A stretch of DNA of 64,000 bases, from NCBI GenBank assembly GCA_000004695.1, contig CM000150.2:3552001-3616000 (forward strand), given 5' to 3'. The stretch's first letter is position 1. Every line of letters starts with the position of its first letter. The notes beneath the pieces are model-generated. The model had not been told where the DNA came from, did no database searches, and saw only the letters and a list, made by a program, of their open reading frames with translations. Positions 52,301 to 64,000 of the stretch are shown here, piece by piece. Source of the stretch: Dictyostelium discoideum (taxonomy: Eukaryota). Made by a program: the position numbers and the translations under genes.

Positions 52301-55300
52301 ACAAGTGGTAAATTCTATAATTATTTCAAATCATCAGAATCATACTCAACAGTTAAAACACTTGCAAAATATATTACTCCAAAGAATCCATGTATTTATG
52401 ATAATAAAAGAGTAAAGAATTCATTAGATTACCTTTTCGAAATCAATTCAGATATTTTCCATTTAATTGAACTTTCAATTTCATCAAAAATCAGTTATCC
52501 AGATTCACCATATGAAACTTATTTCTATGAATCATCAAGCAACCCAGAGTATGGTCTTTCAATTATTACATTTGATTCAGCAATTTGTAGCTTTACAGAA
52601 TCAACTATTCAAGACTACCAAAGTGGAAAAGTATTACAATCATGTTCAATCATTCCAATTATAAATCAAGTAATTAATCCAACAACAACACTTCAAGCAC
52701 CATATCAATATTCACTTACAATTATTGGTAGATTATTTGATAGTTCAACTAGAATATTTTTATCAGGTTATGAATGTCCAATCATTGGTAATATTATTAC
52801 AAATCAAAATGATTATATTCAAACTCTTAGTTGTTCAGTACCATCAGAAATCAAATCATACTCGGCCTCTCCAATTAGTTTTTACAATGGTTATAGTGAA
52901 AATAATATATATAATTTCTTGTTGGATTTTAAAAAATCATTCTTTTTTATATATCCAATTTCAACAGTAACTCAAATTCAATACCCATCAAGTGGTCCAA
53001 TTCAAATGAATTCTGAAATTAAAGTAATTGGTTTTAATTTCTTCCCATATGGTATTACAAATCCAAGCATTCAAGTTTTTATTGATGATCTTGAATTAAC
53101 AGGTACTATCTTTGGATTAACAAGCATAAATGGAGTTGATTCATTTTCATTTATTGCTTCTGGTTTAGGTTCTTTAAAGTATGTAAAAAAAAAAAAAAAA
53201 TTAAAAAAAAAATTAAATTATTAATATTTAAAATATATTTTTTTCAAAGTTACATTCAATTATTTTATAGTGATAGTTTACCAATGATTATAAACGATGA
53301 TATTAATTTAGAATTTTCATTTGAAAGACCAATTGTTAATAGTATATTACCAACAAATGGAGATTACAATACAAAGGTTACAATTAATGGTAATAATTTT
53401 AGAAAAGGTCAATCAGTAAAAATTGGAGACATATTAGTAAATGATATTGAATTCATTTCAAATCAAAAGATTATTGTTTCAGCACCATTTGGATTTATTA
53501 ATGGACTTGTAGTTGTTTATTCAGATGATCAATACAGTTTAGAAGAAATATCATTTAGTTATCCTTCACCAATTATAGACCAAGTCATTCTTTCAAATTA
53601 TGAATCAAAATTAAACACAACAGGTACAAATTATTTCACAGTAATAGGTAGAGGTTTAGGTACATACATTGCAGAACAAGTCGATATTATTATTAACCAA
53701 GAGTTTTATGCAAGTTGCGAATTCGATTTCTGTGAAAGTTTAGAAATTATTGAAGATATAGATATAAAAGATCAAGGAATTTGTCAATATTTAAAATATA
53801 AAAATTATCAATATATCGATGAAAACTTTGATATATTAAATTGTATTTTAGCTGATTCGATTGGTAAAGATAAATCAATCAGTATCAAAATTTCAGAATT
53901 CCAAAACCAAACTTTCACCTACTCTTATTATGAACCATGGATTGAAAAATTAACACAAAACTCTTCATCAGCAACAACTGATGGTGGTGAAGTTATCGTT
54001 ATAAATGGTTACAACTTTTTACCATTCGAAAATTTAAGTCCATACTATGAAAACAATGAAACTATTGCACAATGGTTAAATCAATCAGAAATATTAATTG
54101 GTGAAAGCTATCTTTGTCAATCAATTAATTGGACCAATTCCTATGAATTAAATTGTACAATCCCACCGGGAATTGGTGTTAATCATACAATCATTGTAAA
54201 AGTAGGCCTTCAATCATCAAATCATACTGATTATTTGTATTCTTACGATCCACCAAAACTTGATACAATCAATAATTCCACCAAAAATGAGACACATTAC
54301 TATTCTTCAACAGATGGTAACAATGAAATTATAATAACAGGTAATAACTTTATTCCAAAAGAGTTATCAGATCATTACAACCAGAATGAAAATAAAACTA
54401 TAAATTCAATACTATTAGGTAAACAATATTGTAATGAAACTATTTGGATTAATTCAACAATAGTTAAATGTAAACCATTAGCAGGTATTGGGTCAAATTA
54501 CAAAATAAACATTAAAGTTGGTAATCAAAATTCAAATGAAACCATTTACTTCTCATATGAGAAGCCAATTTTAGATTTAAAGAATTACACAGGTTCAACA
54601 AATGGTAATACTGAAATTACAATAACAGGTATCAACTTTATTCCAAAAGAATTAGCAGATAATAATAATTTCAATCAATCAGAGAACTATATAATGATTG
54701 GTGATAATAAATGTAATGAAACTATTTGGATCAATTCAACAACAGTTAAATGTAAACCAATATCAGGTACTGGTACCAATCATAGAGTTATCATAACAGT
54801 TGGTAATCAAAACTCAAATGAAACGGTCTACTTTTCATATGATAAACCAATTTTAGATATTAAAAACTATAGTAGTCCAACTGATGGCAATACTGAAATC
54901 ACAATTACAGGTGAAAACTTTATTGAAAATTATAATCAAGAAAAACATAATGAAAATGATAATTTCGTTAGAATCGGTGAAAATAAATGTAATGAAACAA
55001 AGTGGATAAATTCGACAACAATTAAATGTAAATTAATTCAAGGTATTGGTTTAGATTATAAAATAGTTGTAACAGTCGCCAATCAACAATCAAATGAAAA
55101 TGTTTTCTTTTCATATGAAAAACCAATGATTGATAGTAAAACACTATTAGCATCAACCAGTGGTAGTGAAACTATTAAAATTACAGGTACCAATTTCATT
55201 CCATCAACTTTAGTAGAACATTACAACAAAGAAGAAAATAAAGATAACTCAATAAATTCAGTTACTATCAATAACGAGTTTTGTAATGATATTACATGGA

Positions 55301-57732
55301 TTAACTCAACAGAACTAACATGTAAACCATTAGCAGGAGTTGGAACTAATCATACTATATTCATTTTGGTTGGAACTCAAAAATCAAATCAAGTAAAATC
55401 ATTCTCATATAAACCTCCAAAGATTGAAGAGTTTAAATACTACACAGCACCAACACATTCCAATAAAATTATTACTATAACTGGTGAAAACTTTATTCCA
55501 ATCGAATTATTATCAAAAGACAACAGCAATAGTTCAGTACTCATTGATAATATAAAATGTGAAGAAATCAAATGGATTGATTCTACAAAAGTTTCATGTC
55601 AAGTTCCAGTAGGTCAAGGTAAAGATTTATCGATTAAAGTTAAAATTGAAAATCAAGAAACTGAAGAAAATCAACAATTTTCATATGATAAACCATTTAT
55701 TCAATCAATCAATCCAAATAAAGGAAGATGTAATCAAGAAGTATTAATTACAATTCAAGGTGATAGTTTTGGAAAGAGTGATCAACTAATTAAAATTGGT
55801 AATAACGAATGTCAAGATATTCAATTCTATCCAAATCATACATTTACATGTAAAGTTCCAATCGTGGAGAATTCAATTAAATCCATTGTTTTATTAAATG
55901 TTGGAAATCAAGATTCAAACGATAACATTACATATAAATACTATGGACCACCAGAAATTAAAAGTATTGGTTTACCATCATATCTTTCATTCAAAGGTGA
56001 TGATTTAATAACAATCATTGGTAATAACTTTATAGAATATGATGATGGATCTGATGAAATTGTTGTTAAATTTAATAATGAACCAACAGCTATCATTGAA
56101 AAAACAGAAACATCTATTAAAATTAAAACTCTTAGTGGTGATGAATTTAATTTACCAATTGCTGTAGAATTAAATGGTCAAATAAGTAATATCGATACTT
56201 CATTCGTTTACTCAAATCCAATAATTGAAAGTGTAACACCATCATCAAGTAGCTCAAAATCAAATACTCATATCACCATTAAAGGACATAATCTTGGATA
56301 TTCAACAAACACTCCCAAAATTACAATTGGAAGTAGTAATTGTTTAAATATCAATACTATATCTCCAAATGAAGTTCGTTGTATAGTGTTGAAATCAAGC
56401 GCAGGCACTAAACAATTAACATTAACCTATGAAAGTTATCAACCAACCTATTCACAATTCACTCACAAAAACGATGATGACAGTGATAGCCACGATGATG
56501 ATGATGATAAAGACAATAATGGACCAAAAGATACCATAATAAGTATTATCGGAAGTGCAATTGGAGCAGCAGTATCAGCAGCCATAAGTGGACTAATAAC
56601 AAGCATTTTCATTGGTGGAACATCAGTAGCCACAGCAGCAGCAACAACAACAGCAACAGGTACCGCGATTGCAACAGCAACTACAGCGTCAACAGCAACA
56701 GCTATTGCCAGTGCAACGACCGAAGGTGTTGCAGTAGTCTTTACAAGGGTATCAGTAATAGCAGCAACAGCAGGTGGTGTTGTTATTACTGCAATTGTAA
56801 CAGCAACAGTCATCCTTATTTCAGGTGGAAGTACACCATCACCAACTCCAACTATAACTCCAACTATTTCACCAACTCCAACACCAACCGATAACTATTG
56901 GGTAAGATGTATGGTCGATTATTCAAGATTAACTTTACAAGTCGATAATCTTTACGGTCAAGATATAGTATGTATTGATGGTAATGGAATTTCATCAATT
57001 TTCAACGAATCATTCTCTTGTAAACCTGATCTTATTAACGATAGTATGATATGCACTCAACAACATCAAGATGGAACAAATTCAACAACCACATTTGGTA
57101 ATTCAACATTAATTTGTCATATTGACTCAACAAAATCATGTGAAATTTCACCACCATTCATTATACCATCCGATCCAATTGAAGATGATGAATATTCAAA
57201 TATTTTAGAATGTCAATATAATCTCATTGAAAATTCATTATCAACACACTCTAATAATAGTCCATTAAGATGTTATAATAATGAAACTGAAAATTACTTC
57301 ACTATGAATACTACACTTTCATGCTCAAAAGATGAATCATTAAGTCAAGATAACAATACGATTTCTTGTTTAGCAGATACAGATGATACTCAAATCTTTT
57401 TCTTTAAGAACTCAATTACATGCATTACAGATTATCCATACTATAAATGTACAATGAAATCTGAACCATCACAAGATGATAACATAATTCCAGAACCAAC
57501 ATTACCACCAACTCCATCAATTGATGATGATTCCACATGTATTTATGATTCAGCCAATCCATATTCAATAGATCTCCAACCAACGATTGGAACTAATGTC
57601 AAATGTCCAACAAATGAAAAAGAACTTCATTATGATCTTTCAACTTATCTAACATGCACAGATAATACCACCCATAAAAACTCCACTTATTCAGTTTCAT
57701 ATTCAACTTATGTTTGCATTAAAACAAAATAA
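47415..57732 (+). CDS. Giant secreted/transmembrane protein (about 3200 aa): signal peptide, 4 MRH-like domains, about 20 IPT/TIG repeats, long Ala/Thr/Gly hydrophobic segment, Cys-rich C-terminal domain. Exons 47415..48049, 48234..48710, 48795..49232, 49372..49426, 49570..52065, 52145..53178, 53271..57732
   Basis: Signal peptide MVKFKIVVSFLLFILYCNCFTFG. MRH-like units end ...RRTMILVITCDPNE...VLCEHTIYIASKLVC, ...KYILICDPF...QCIYQIKVYTKYACP, ...RTFIIVLNCDENQ...CVYTVTIKTKYVCES, ...VNSLNMVCDTT...WACIYTIEIKTKYACP. Many IPT/TIG units of form P.I..I...S..GGT.ITI.G.NFIP......I..G...C....W.NST.I.C..P. Introns (GTAAGT donors) keep phase. Exon 52145..53178 is open for 1034 nt but has no ATG/GTG/TTG, so it is absent from the ORF track. 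Ends TAA at 57730-57732. Confidence 0.7.
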
Positions 57733-58257
57733 AAACAATTAAAATAATTTTTAAAAAAAAATAAAAAATAAAATGAGATAATGGTTTTATCAATAATTTA
57801 ATTTGATACAAAATTCATTTTTAGTGTTTTTACATGTATAACATTTTAATTATTGTTTACTAATATTAATATTAATTATTCCTCTGAATATTTCTAATTA
57901 ATTTTAATTTTTTGAATAAAAAAACTAAATTAACCTTTTTGTAACATTCAAGAGGTCAAGTTATAGCTAACTATCCAATTAATACTTTATTAATAGTAAT
58001 AGTAAAGGTAAAAGAAAAATTAAAAATGAAATAGAAAAACTAGAAAAAGATAAACAGGATGAAATTAAAAATTAAAAAAATGATAAATTCAATGGTTTAA
58101 ATCAAAAAGAATAATTAGAAAATCTGGCTACAGTAATTCAATTATGGCAACCATCTTCATATTTTCAAGCTTCATTTTTTTATTTGATTAACCATTAAAA
58201 AATAATTAAATGTGAAAATAAATGTGATATTTATTTTAAAATAGAATTTTTTTTTTT

Positions 58258-60888
58258 TTATTTCTTAATGCACCATTTGGTTTTATCGAATTTTGAAAAC
58301 TAAAAAATTTTATTTTTGGAATTAGTTAAATTTTAAAAAATTAAATTAAAATAAAATATATTTAATACTTACATCTTTGGTATATTCACCCAAAACTTTT
58401 CTAAACTCTTCAATGGAATCGATATTTTGTAGATCACCATGTTTATTTTCTGTTAAGAGAATACAATAGATAAGATGATCTTGGCAATCCGGATGATAAT
58501 TAATGATTTTTGAATCTGTATCACTTGGATAAGCTTTACATATTTTTTTATTAATTTCATTATAATCCTTATCATCATGACCTTCTTCGCTATCACTTTG
58601 ATCGCCTTCTTTTGGGAATTTAAATTTTTCTAAATCTTCTATATTGACTTCTTTCAATTGAATGATGTTTTCATTTTTTTTAAAATTCAATTTTTCATAG
58701 AGTTCTTTAACTGAATTCACAGTTTTTAAATCGATATATATCTTGTCTGGGAAAGGTGTGACTGTTGATGTTGGTACAACAATTGTATTTTCTGTTTCAT
58801 CTTTTACACTTTTATCTTTTTTTAAAGTAACTGTTAATGTTGATTCAACATAGATATCTTTATACAATTGGTAAGATTTGGACTTTTCAAAGCTACAAGT
58901 GACATCATTATCATCACATAAAATAATTTCCCCATTGATTGATGGAAACACATTGAAATCAAAAAACTCTGATTTGTATTTATTTGTTGTAGTTTGATCC
59001 TTAAGTTGGGTTAATAGTGGAATATAAACATTGTCATAACCATAATTATATTCATTTGAAAATAATTTATCTTCATCTTTTTCATTATTGTAAACGATAA
59101 TAAATGGATTCAAATGATAGTATTTTTCATCATCTCCATAACCTTTAACCTTGGTTTCAAAGTCTAGCTTTCTGTTACCTAAAATTTCTTTGAGACTATT
59201 TGGATATTTAGTTATTAATCCGTTTAAATTCAACTTTTGACCTGCAATGCTATTTAATCTTAATGATTCTTTTTTAAGATATTGATTATTCTCTGGGTGT
59301 CTAATTATACCAACTCTTCTGTAAAAGTATTCAGAAAGATATTTCATTTTATCACTACAAAAAGCACCACCTCCACGTGCCTCTTGCTTTCCTTGCCAAT
59401 TTAAATCACCAAAGCAAATAGTCCCACCACCGCCACCACTATCTACTTTATCTATATTATTGAATTGATAAGAAATTTTTGAATGGTCACTTCCTGAATC
59501 AGCACTAATAACTTTTGACCAAGGTGTTTCGAATCTGTAAGAAAGATAAATTGATTCAACTGCTTGAGAAATTGCATTTTCACCTTTTGTAATCTTTGTT
59601 TGAGTATGGACCATTGTTTTAAAATTATTACCATTTTTAAAATTATCTATATAATGCCAAATTATAAAAAATTTAATTTTTTCCTTGTGAGTTTCTTCAA
59701 TTTTTTCATTATACTTTTTATAAAGGTTTTTATTTGTTGTTTGAATGAAGTATCTCCCTTTATCACTTTCATAAATTTTATTATAGTGAACATTTGATTC
59801 AAGAGGATTTAGAGTCGGGTTTGATGATGTAATTTCTTGGTTTAGAATTAATTCTGCCTATTTTTTAAGAATATTAGTTTGGTAATTTAAAAACACAATT
59901 TTAAAAATATAAATTTCTTACCAATTGTGACCATTTATTTAAATAAATAACTCCGTTCCATATATCAGGTTCATTTCCAACAATAATATGGTCCTTCATT
60001 AGGTTATCCAATTCAATAAAAGTTTTGGGAGGTTCAATTTTACTATTAATTGTTTCCAAATTAATGACATTTTGGTTCTTACGGTCAAGCTCAGTTTTGA
60101 GGTATTCTGAATAAGAATTGGCTGATGATACCCTTTTTACCTTTTTAAAAACTGTATTAATGGTCCGAATATTTAAATTACTATAAATAATATACTTTGG
60201 AATAATATGAAGTTCTTCTTTTGACAAAGTTATACAAATTGAATGTTGAGCATGTTGATTATTTAAAGTATGTTTGTCGTAATTAAAAAGAGGTTCATAT
60301 CCTGTTTCTGGAGATCTTGGAACACTGTGAATTACATGAATTCCCCCATTTTCATTCCAAATGAAAAATCCTTTTGCATGTGCCTTTTTTTAGATAAATA
60401 AAAAAAATAAAAAAAAAATAAAAATATTAGAAAACTATTAACAACAAATAATAATCAAAAAAAAAAAAAAAAAAAAAAAAAAAGATAAAATAATTAACAC
60501 AAACACTATCATCACCATTACTGGGTTGATCATTATAAGACAAACTATTAAATAAAATAGCACCAGATTCATTTGGTATACTCTGTTTGTATGTTGATGT
60601 AATCGGGTTTGGTTTTGTTGTATTTGGATCTCTAATATTAAAATCAACTATTTCATTAATCTCTGAATTCATTTCTTTTAATGTGCTATCAGTATAAATA
60701 GCACCTTTACTGTGACTCAATTGCTCTAAAAACCACCATTCCACATTCTTTTCTTTAGAATCTCCATCTCCAAATACCTGACTATCCTTGTAAACATTTT
60801 TTGTTGTTTTACATTTTGGAGGATCACTACAATAAATCTGTGATATTATTACAAATAAATATAAAAATATTATATATCTATTTCTCAT
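58258..60888 (-). CDS. Secreted DNase II-like nuclease with long C-terminal extension, paralog 3; exons (complement) 60505..60888, 59922..60383, 58383..59857, 58258..58299
   Basis: Same four-exon architecture. Signal peptide MRNRYIIFLYLFVIISQIYC. Both HxK motifs. Middle exon 9 codons shorter than paralog 2. Terminal micro-exon FSKFDKTKWCIKK*. Confidence 0.7.
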
Positions 60889-60950
60889 GTTATTATTTTT
60901 GTTTTATTTATTTTAATATAAAAAAAAAAAATTATTTATATATAAAAAAA

Positions 60951-61015
60951 AAAAGAGTACAGTTGAGAAAAAAAAAAGAGTACAGTTGAGAAAAAAAAAA
61001 GAGTACAGTTGAGAA
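60951..61015. repeat. Three tandem copies of a 22 bp unit GAGTACAGTTGAGAAAAAAAAA(A)
   Basis: Read directly in the intergenic region between DNase paralog 3 and the 61.4 kb gene. Confidence 0.85.
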
Positions 61016-61440
61016 AAAAAAAAAAAATTACAATCGATTTGCATCAAAATCAAAATTTTAATCTTAAAAAAAAACAAAAAATTATTTTCCTAATGTTTTT
61101 TTGATTTTAAAGAGATAATTTTTCTTTCTTTTTTTTTCAAAATGCAAACTAAAAAAATTTTCGTTTGTTTTTTTTTTTTTTATATCACAAAATATCGAAC
61201 GGGCACGAGCAAAAAAAAAGCAAGGAGGTGTCTCGAAAAAAAAAATTGTGTTGAGAAATGCAACAATTTTTTTTATTGGTACCCATTACTTCATTAGCAT
61301 CAAGTCCACTTCTCCATACGATAAAAAAAAAAAAAAAAAAAAAAAAAAGGGATCGCTAATTTTTAAAAGAGAAAAAAGTGTTGTTGCTCCACTAAAAAAA
61401 TAAATATATTTTTTTTTTAGAAAAAGATGGTACTTGTTTT

Positions 61441-63579
61441 GTGAATGAAAATTTTTTTTTTTCTTTTTTTTTTTTTATTTTTTTTTTTTTTTATTTTTTT
61501 TTTTTTGATCATTTTTTTTTAACAATGGAAATAAACTTTTGGAAATTTTATAGAAACAAATATTTGAATAAAATTATATATTCAAATTTTGAATTTTCAA
61601 ATATTTATTCATATGATAGATTATATAATGTTTCAGAAATTTTATCTAAATATACAAATGGTATTGAAATTTTAAAAGATAAAGTCAAAAATAATCAATA
61701 TTTATTTTTTGAAATTAAAATTACAGGTATTATTAGAGAAACATTCCCAAATTTGATCTTAGAGCTAATTAAAAAGGATGAACTATTTTATAATCAATTA
61801 TTTGGTAATAATGAATATTATTCAAAAAACTTTAATCTTAATGAATTATTTATTAAAATTATTCAATCATCAAATTTAGTAGCATTAAAATCATTTATCA
61901 AATTAATATATAAAAAAAACAAAAATAAAATTAATAAATTTAATGATAATTTTAAAGTTTTTAATTATAAAAGTTTAAAAATGTTGAAATATATAATAAC
62001 GATTGGTGGTGATAAACTATTAAAGAATTTAGAATATGGTGATATAGAATTGTTTAATAACTCTTTTAAATTAAAACATTTAATTGAAATTTTAAAATTT
62101 TCTTCACAAACAATGTCAAGCAATAATCAAATAAACAAAGAAATATTAGAATCTAATTTATTTACAAATCAATTAAAAAAATTGTCAATTAATGAAATTT
62201 TAGAAGAATATTCATCAATTTTAAATAATAACCAACAACCAGAAATTAAATTTAAAATATTAGAACTAATTAATTTATTTTATTTAATAATTAATAAAAA
62301 TGAAAATGAAAAACCATTAAATTATTATATTTTATTTAAAAATGAAAATGAAATTGAAAATAAAATTTATCAAGATTATCAACAACAAGAACCGCAACAA
62401 AGACAGTATGGATGTTTTTTTAATTTATTTAAATATAAATCTGAGAAATTAAATCAACTAATTTCAAATTTATTAAAAAGGATTGAACTAAATCCAAATT
62501 CAAATGAAACTACAAGTAAAAGACAAGAGATTGAATATTTAATTAATTCATTTATTTTATCAAGTAATAATATTGAATTGTTAGATAAAGTTATTAAAGA
62601 AAACAATTCAATAAATTTTTATGAAAAATATAAATCAATTACATTTTCAAGAATACTATCAATTGAAATTTTAAATTATTTTTTTGAAAATTATCAAGAT
62701 TTATTTTTTAATGATTTAAATTTGAATTGGGTTAATATTGAATCAATTAAAGTATTTAAACATTATAAATTATTAATGAAAAGTTTAAATAGAAATTTAT
62801 CAATTATCATTAATGATAGTAATCATCAAATTGAATTAATACCAAATCAATTTAAAACAGTTTCAACAAATTTTAAAAAACCAGGTGAATTATTTTTAGA
62901 TTTATTATTAAATTATAATAATAATCATCTTAAAGAAATACCTAATTTGGATTTATTTAAGGAATTAATATATAATTCATTAAATTATTATAATAAGCAA
63001 GATTCATTTATTGAAATTTTAAAAACATTTAAAATTAAATCATCTTCTTTTGATTTTTCATTAATTGAAAATGAAAATCATAATAATTATAAAATTATTA
63101 AATGGTTATTTTCAAAAACACCAACAACATTTAATGAATTTAAAAATTCAAAAAAGGAAATTATAATTAACCAAAATTTAAAAATTAATTCAATTAATAA
63201 TGAACAATTATTTATTTCATTATTTAAAATTGGTTATTATAAAAAAATATTTCAATTATTAGATAATAATCAAATTTCAAGAATGAATATAATTAATTTT
63301 CATTTTCCTGGTAATTCAATAGATACAAAATATTATATTAAATATATTACAGTTGAATATATTGATTATTTATTTAATTTTATTTTTAATAAAAAAATTG
63401 AAATTATGCAGCTTGGTTGTCATTCTAAAAAATTTAATTGGGAAACCTTTATAAATGAAATAATGAGAAATGGTGATTTATTAATTTTTAAACATTTAAT
63501 TAAAAATTATGGTGGTTCATTTATTATTAATTCTCAATTATTTAATTTGGAATTTAAAGAATTTTATAAAAATAAATAA
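61441..63579 (+). CDS. Hypothetical N/K/I/L-rich protein (about 685 aa from probable ATG at 61525)
   Basis: Long uninterrupted ORF with AT-rich Dictyostelium codon usage. The listed 5' extension (poly-F) is probably leader. No recognisable domain. Confidence 0.4.
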   Translation: MNENFFFSFFFFIFFFFYFFFFDHFFLTMEINFWKFYRNKYLNKIIYSNFEFSNIYSYDRLYNVSEILSKYTNGIEILKDKVKNNQYLFFEIKITGIIRETFPNLILELIKKDELFYNQLFGNNEYYSKNFNLNELFIKIIQSSNLVALKSFIKLIYKKNKNKINKFNDNFKVFNYKSLKMLKYIITIGGDKLLKNLEYGDIELFNNSFKLKHLIEILKFSSQTMSSNNQINKEILESNLFTNQLKKLSINEILEEYSSILNNNQQPEIKFKILELINLFYLIINKNENEKPLNYYILFKNENEIENKIYQDYQQQEPQQRQYGCFFNLFKYKSEKLNQLISNLLKRIELNPNSNETTSKRQEIEYLINSFILSSNNIELLDKVIKENNSINFYEKYKSITFSRILSIEILNYFFENYQDLFFNDLNLNWVNIESIKVFKHYKLLMKSLNRNLSIIINDSNHQIELIPNQFKTVSTNFKKPGELFLDLLLNYNNNHLKEIPNLDLFKELIYNSLNYYNKQDSFIEILKTFKIKSSSFDFSLIENENHNNYKIIKWLFSKTPTTFNEFKNSKKEIIINQNLKINSINNEQLFISLFKIGYYKKIFQLLDNNQISRMNIINFHFPGNSIDTKYYIKYITVEYIDYLFNFIFNKKIEIMQLGCHSKKFNWETFINEIMRNGDLLIFKHLIKNYGGSFIINSQLFNLEFKEFYKNK

Positions 63580-64000
63580 AAATAAAAAAAACTAATAATT
63601 TAAAAAAAAAAAAAAAAAACTTAAATCAATTGACAAATATAACCCAATTAGAATGAAGTTAAGGAAAATTTTTAAAAATGGAAATTGCTTTTTTTTTTTT
63701 TTTTTTTTTTAATTTTATTTTAATTTTTTAACATCCAACAGTCTTAAAAATTTTTTTATAGAAAATTACGAGTATGTCGTAATAAAAACTAAAAAACATC
63801 AAAATTATTTTTTTTTTTTAGATGCGATCATTTGTTGATGTTGGAAATCTTTTTTTCATTTTCGAAATGGTTTTTCTGTGAAAATAAAAAAAAAAAAAAA
63901 AAAATCCAACTCAGAAACCTTTTCTTATTGGCGAGTTTAAAAAAAAAAAACTGCCAAACGATCGCATCTAAAAAAAAAAGATAAGTTTGATGTTTTTTAG

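Noticed and set aside
60438-60989. ORFs 60438..60647(-), 60801..60989(+)
   Set aside because: Alternate frame or antisense of DNase paralog 3 exon 1 and its poly-A leader.

Overview
This window is AT-rich eukaryotic genomic DNA with the hallmarks of Dictyostelium discoideum: poly-A/T runs, (AAT)n-encoded poly-N/Q tracts, short GTAAGT...AG introns, and tRNA-targeted retrotransposons.

Housekeeping block, 1-14.5 kb. This is a dense run of spliced + strand genes with one - strand gene among them:
- the 3' end of an N-rich hypothetical gene
- a DNAJC25-like J-domain membrane protein (- strand)
- a Nudix hydrolase
- a CCDC25 homolog
- two tandem ERG25/SC4MOL-type methylsterol monooxygenase paralogs
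- farnesyltransferase beta subunit
- a GH31 alpha-glucosidase

Transposon nest, 15.4-27.7 kb. A TRE5-family (DRE-like) non-LTR retrotransposon lies on the - strand with its 5' end about 49 bp upstream of a tRNA-Asn(GUU) gene. It is split by a nested 7.0 kb Skipper-like Ty3/gypsy chromovirus (390 bp LTRs, 5 bp TSD TTGTT, gag-UGA-pol in one frame).

28-33 kb. A hypothetical gene and an AVL9 (uDENN) homolog.

DNase II / IPT module, 34-61 kb. This is the most unusual part of the window. It is a segmentally duplicated module made of two divergently transcribed genes:
- a secreted DNase II-like nuclease (- strand) with both HxK catalytic motifs, a roughly 330 aa uncharacterised C-terminal extension, and a conserved terminal micro-exon. 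It is present in three copies.
- a giant secreted/transmembrane protein (+ strand) with 4 MRH-like lectin domains, about 20 IPT/TIG repeats, a long Ala/Thr/Gly hydrophobic segment and a Cys-rich tail. One intact copy of about 3200 aa spans 47.4-57.7 kb. One heavily deleted, frameshifted pseudogene copy spans 37.2-43.5 kb.

The shared promoter between the second DNase gene and the intact giant gene carries a recent tandem duplication of about 0.6 kb. The third DNase copy is paired with an unrelated N/K/I-rich gene. No prokaryotic-type systems (CRISPR, operons) are present.

Note on the ORF track: it starts ORFs at ATG, GTG or TTG. Several real exons therefore lack a listed ORF or appear 5'-truncated. 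Exon boundaries below were derived by hand.
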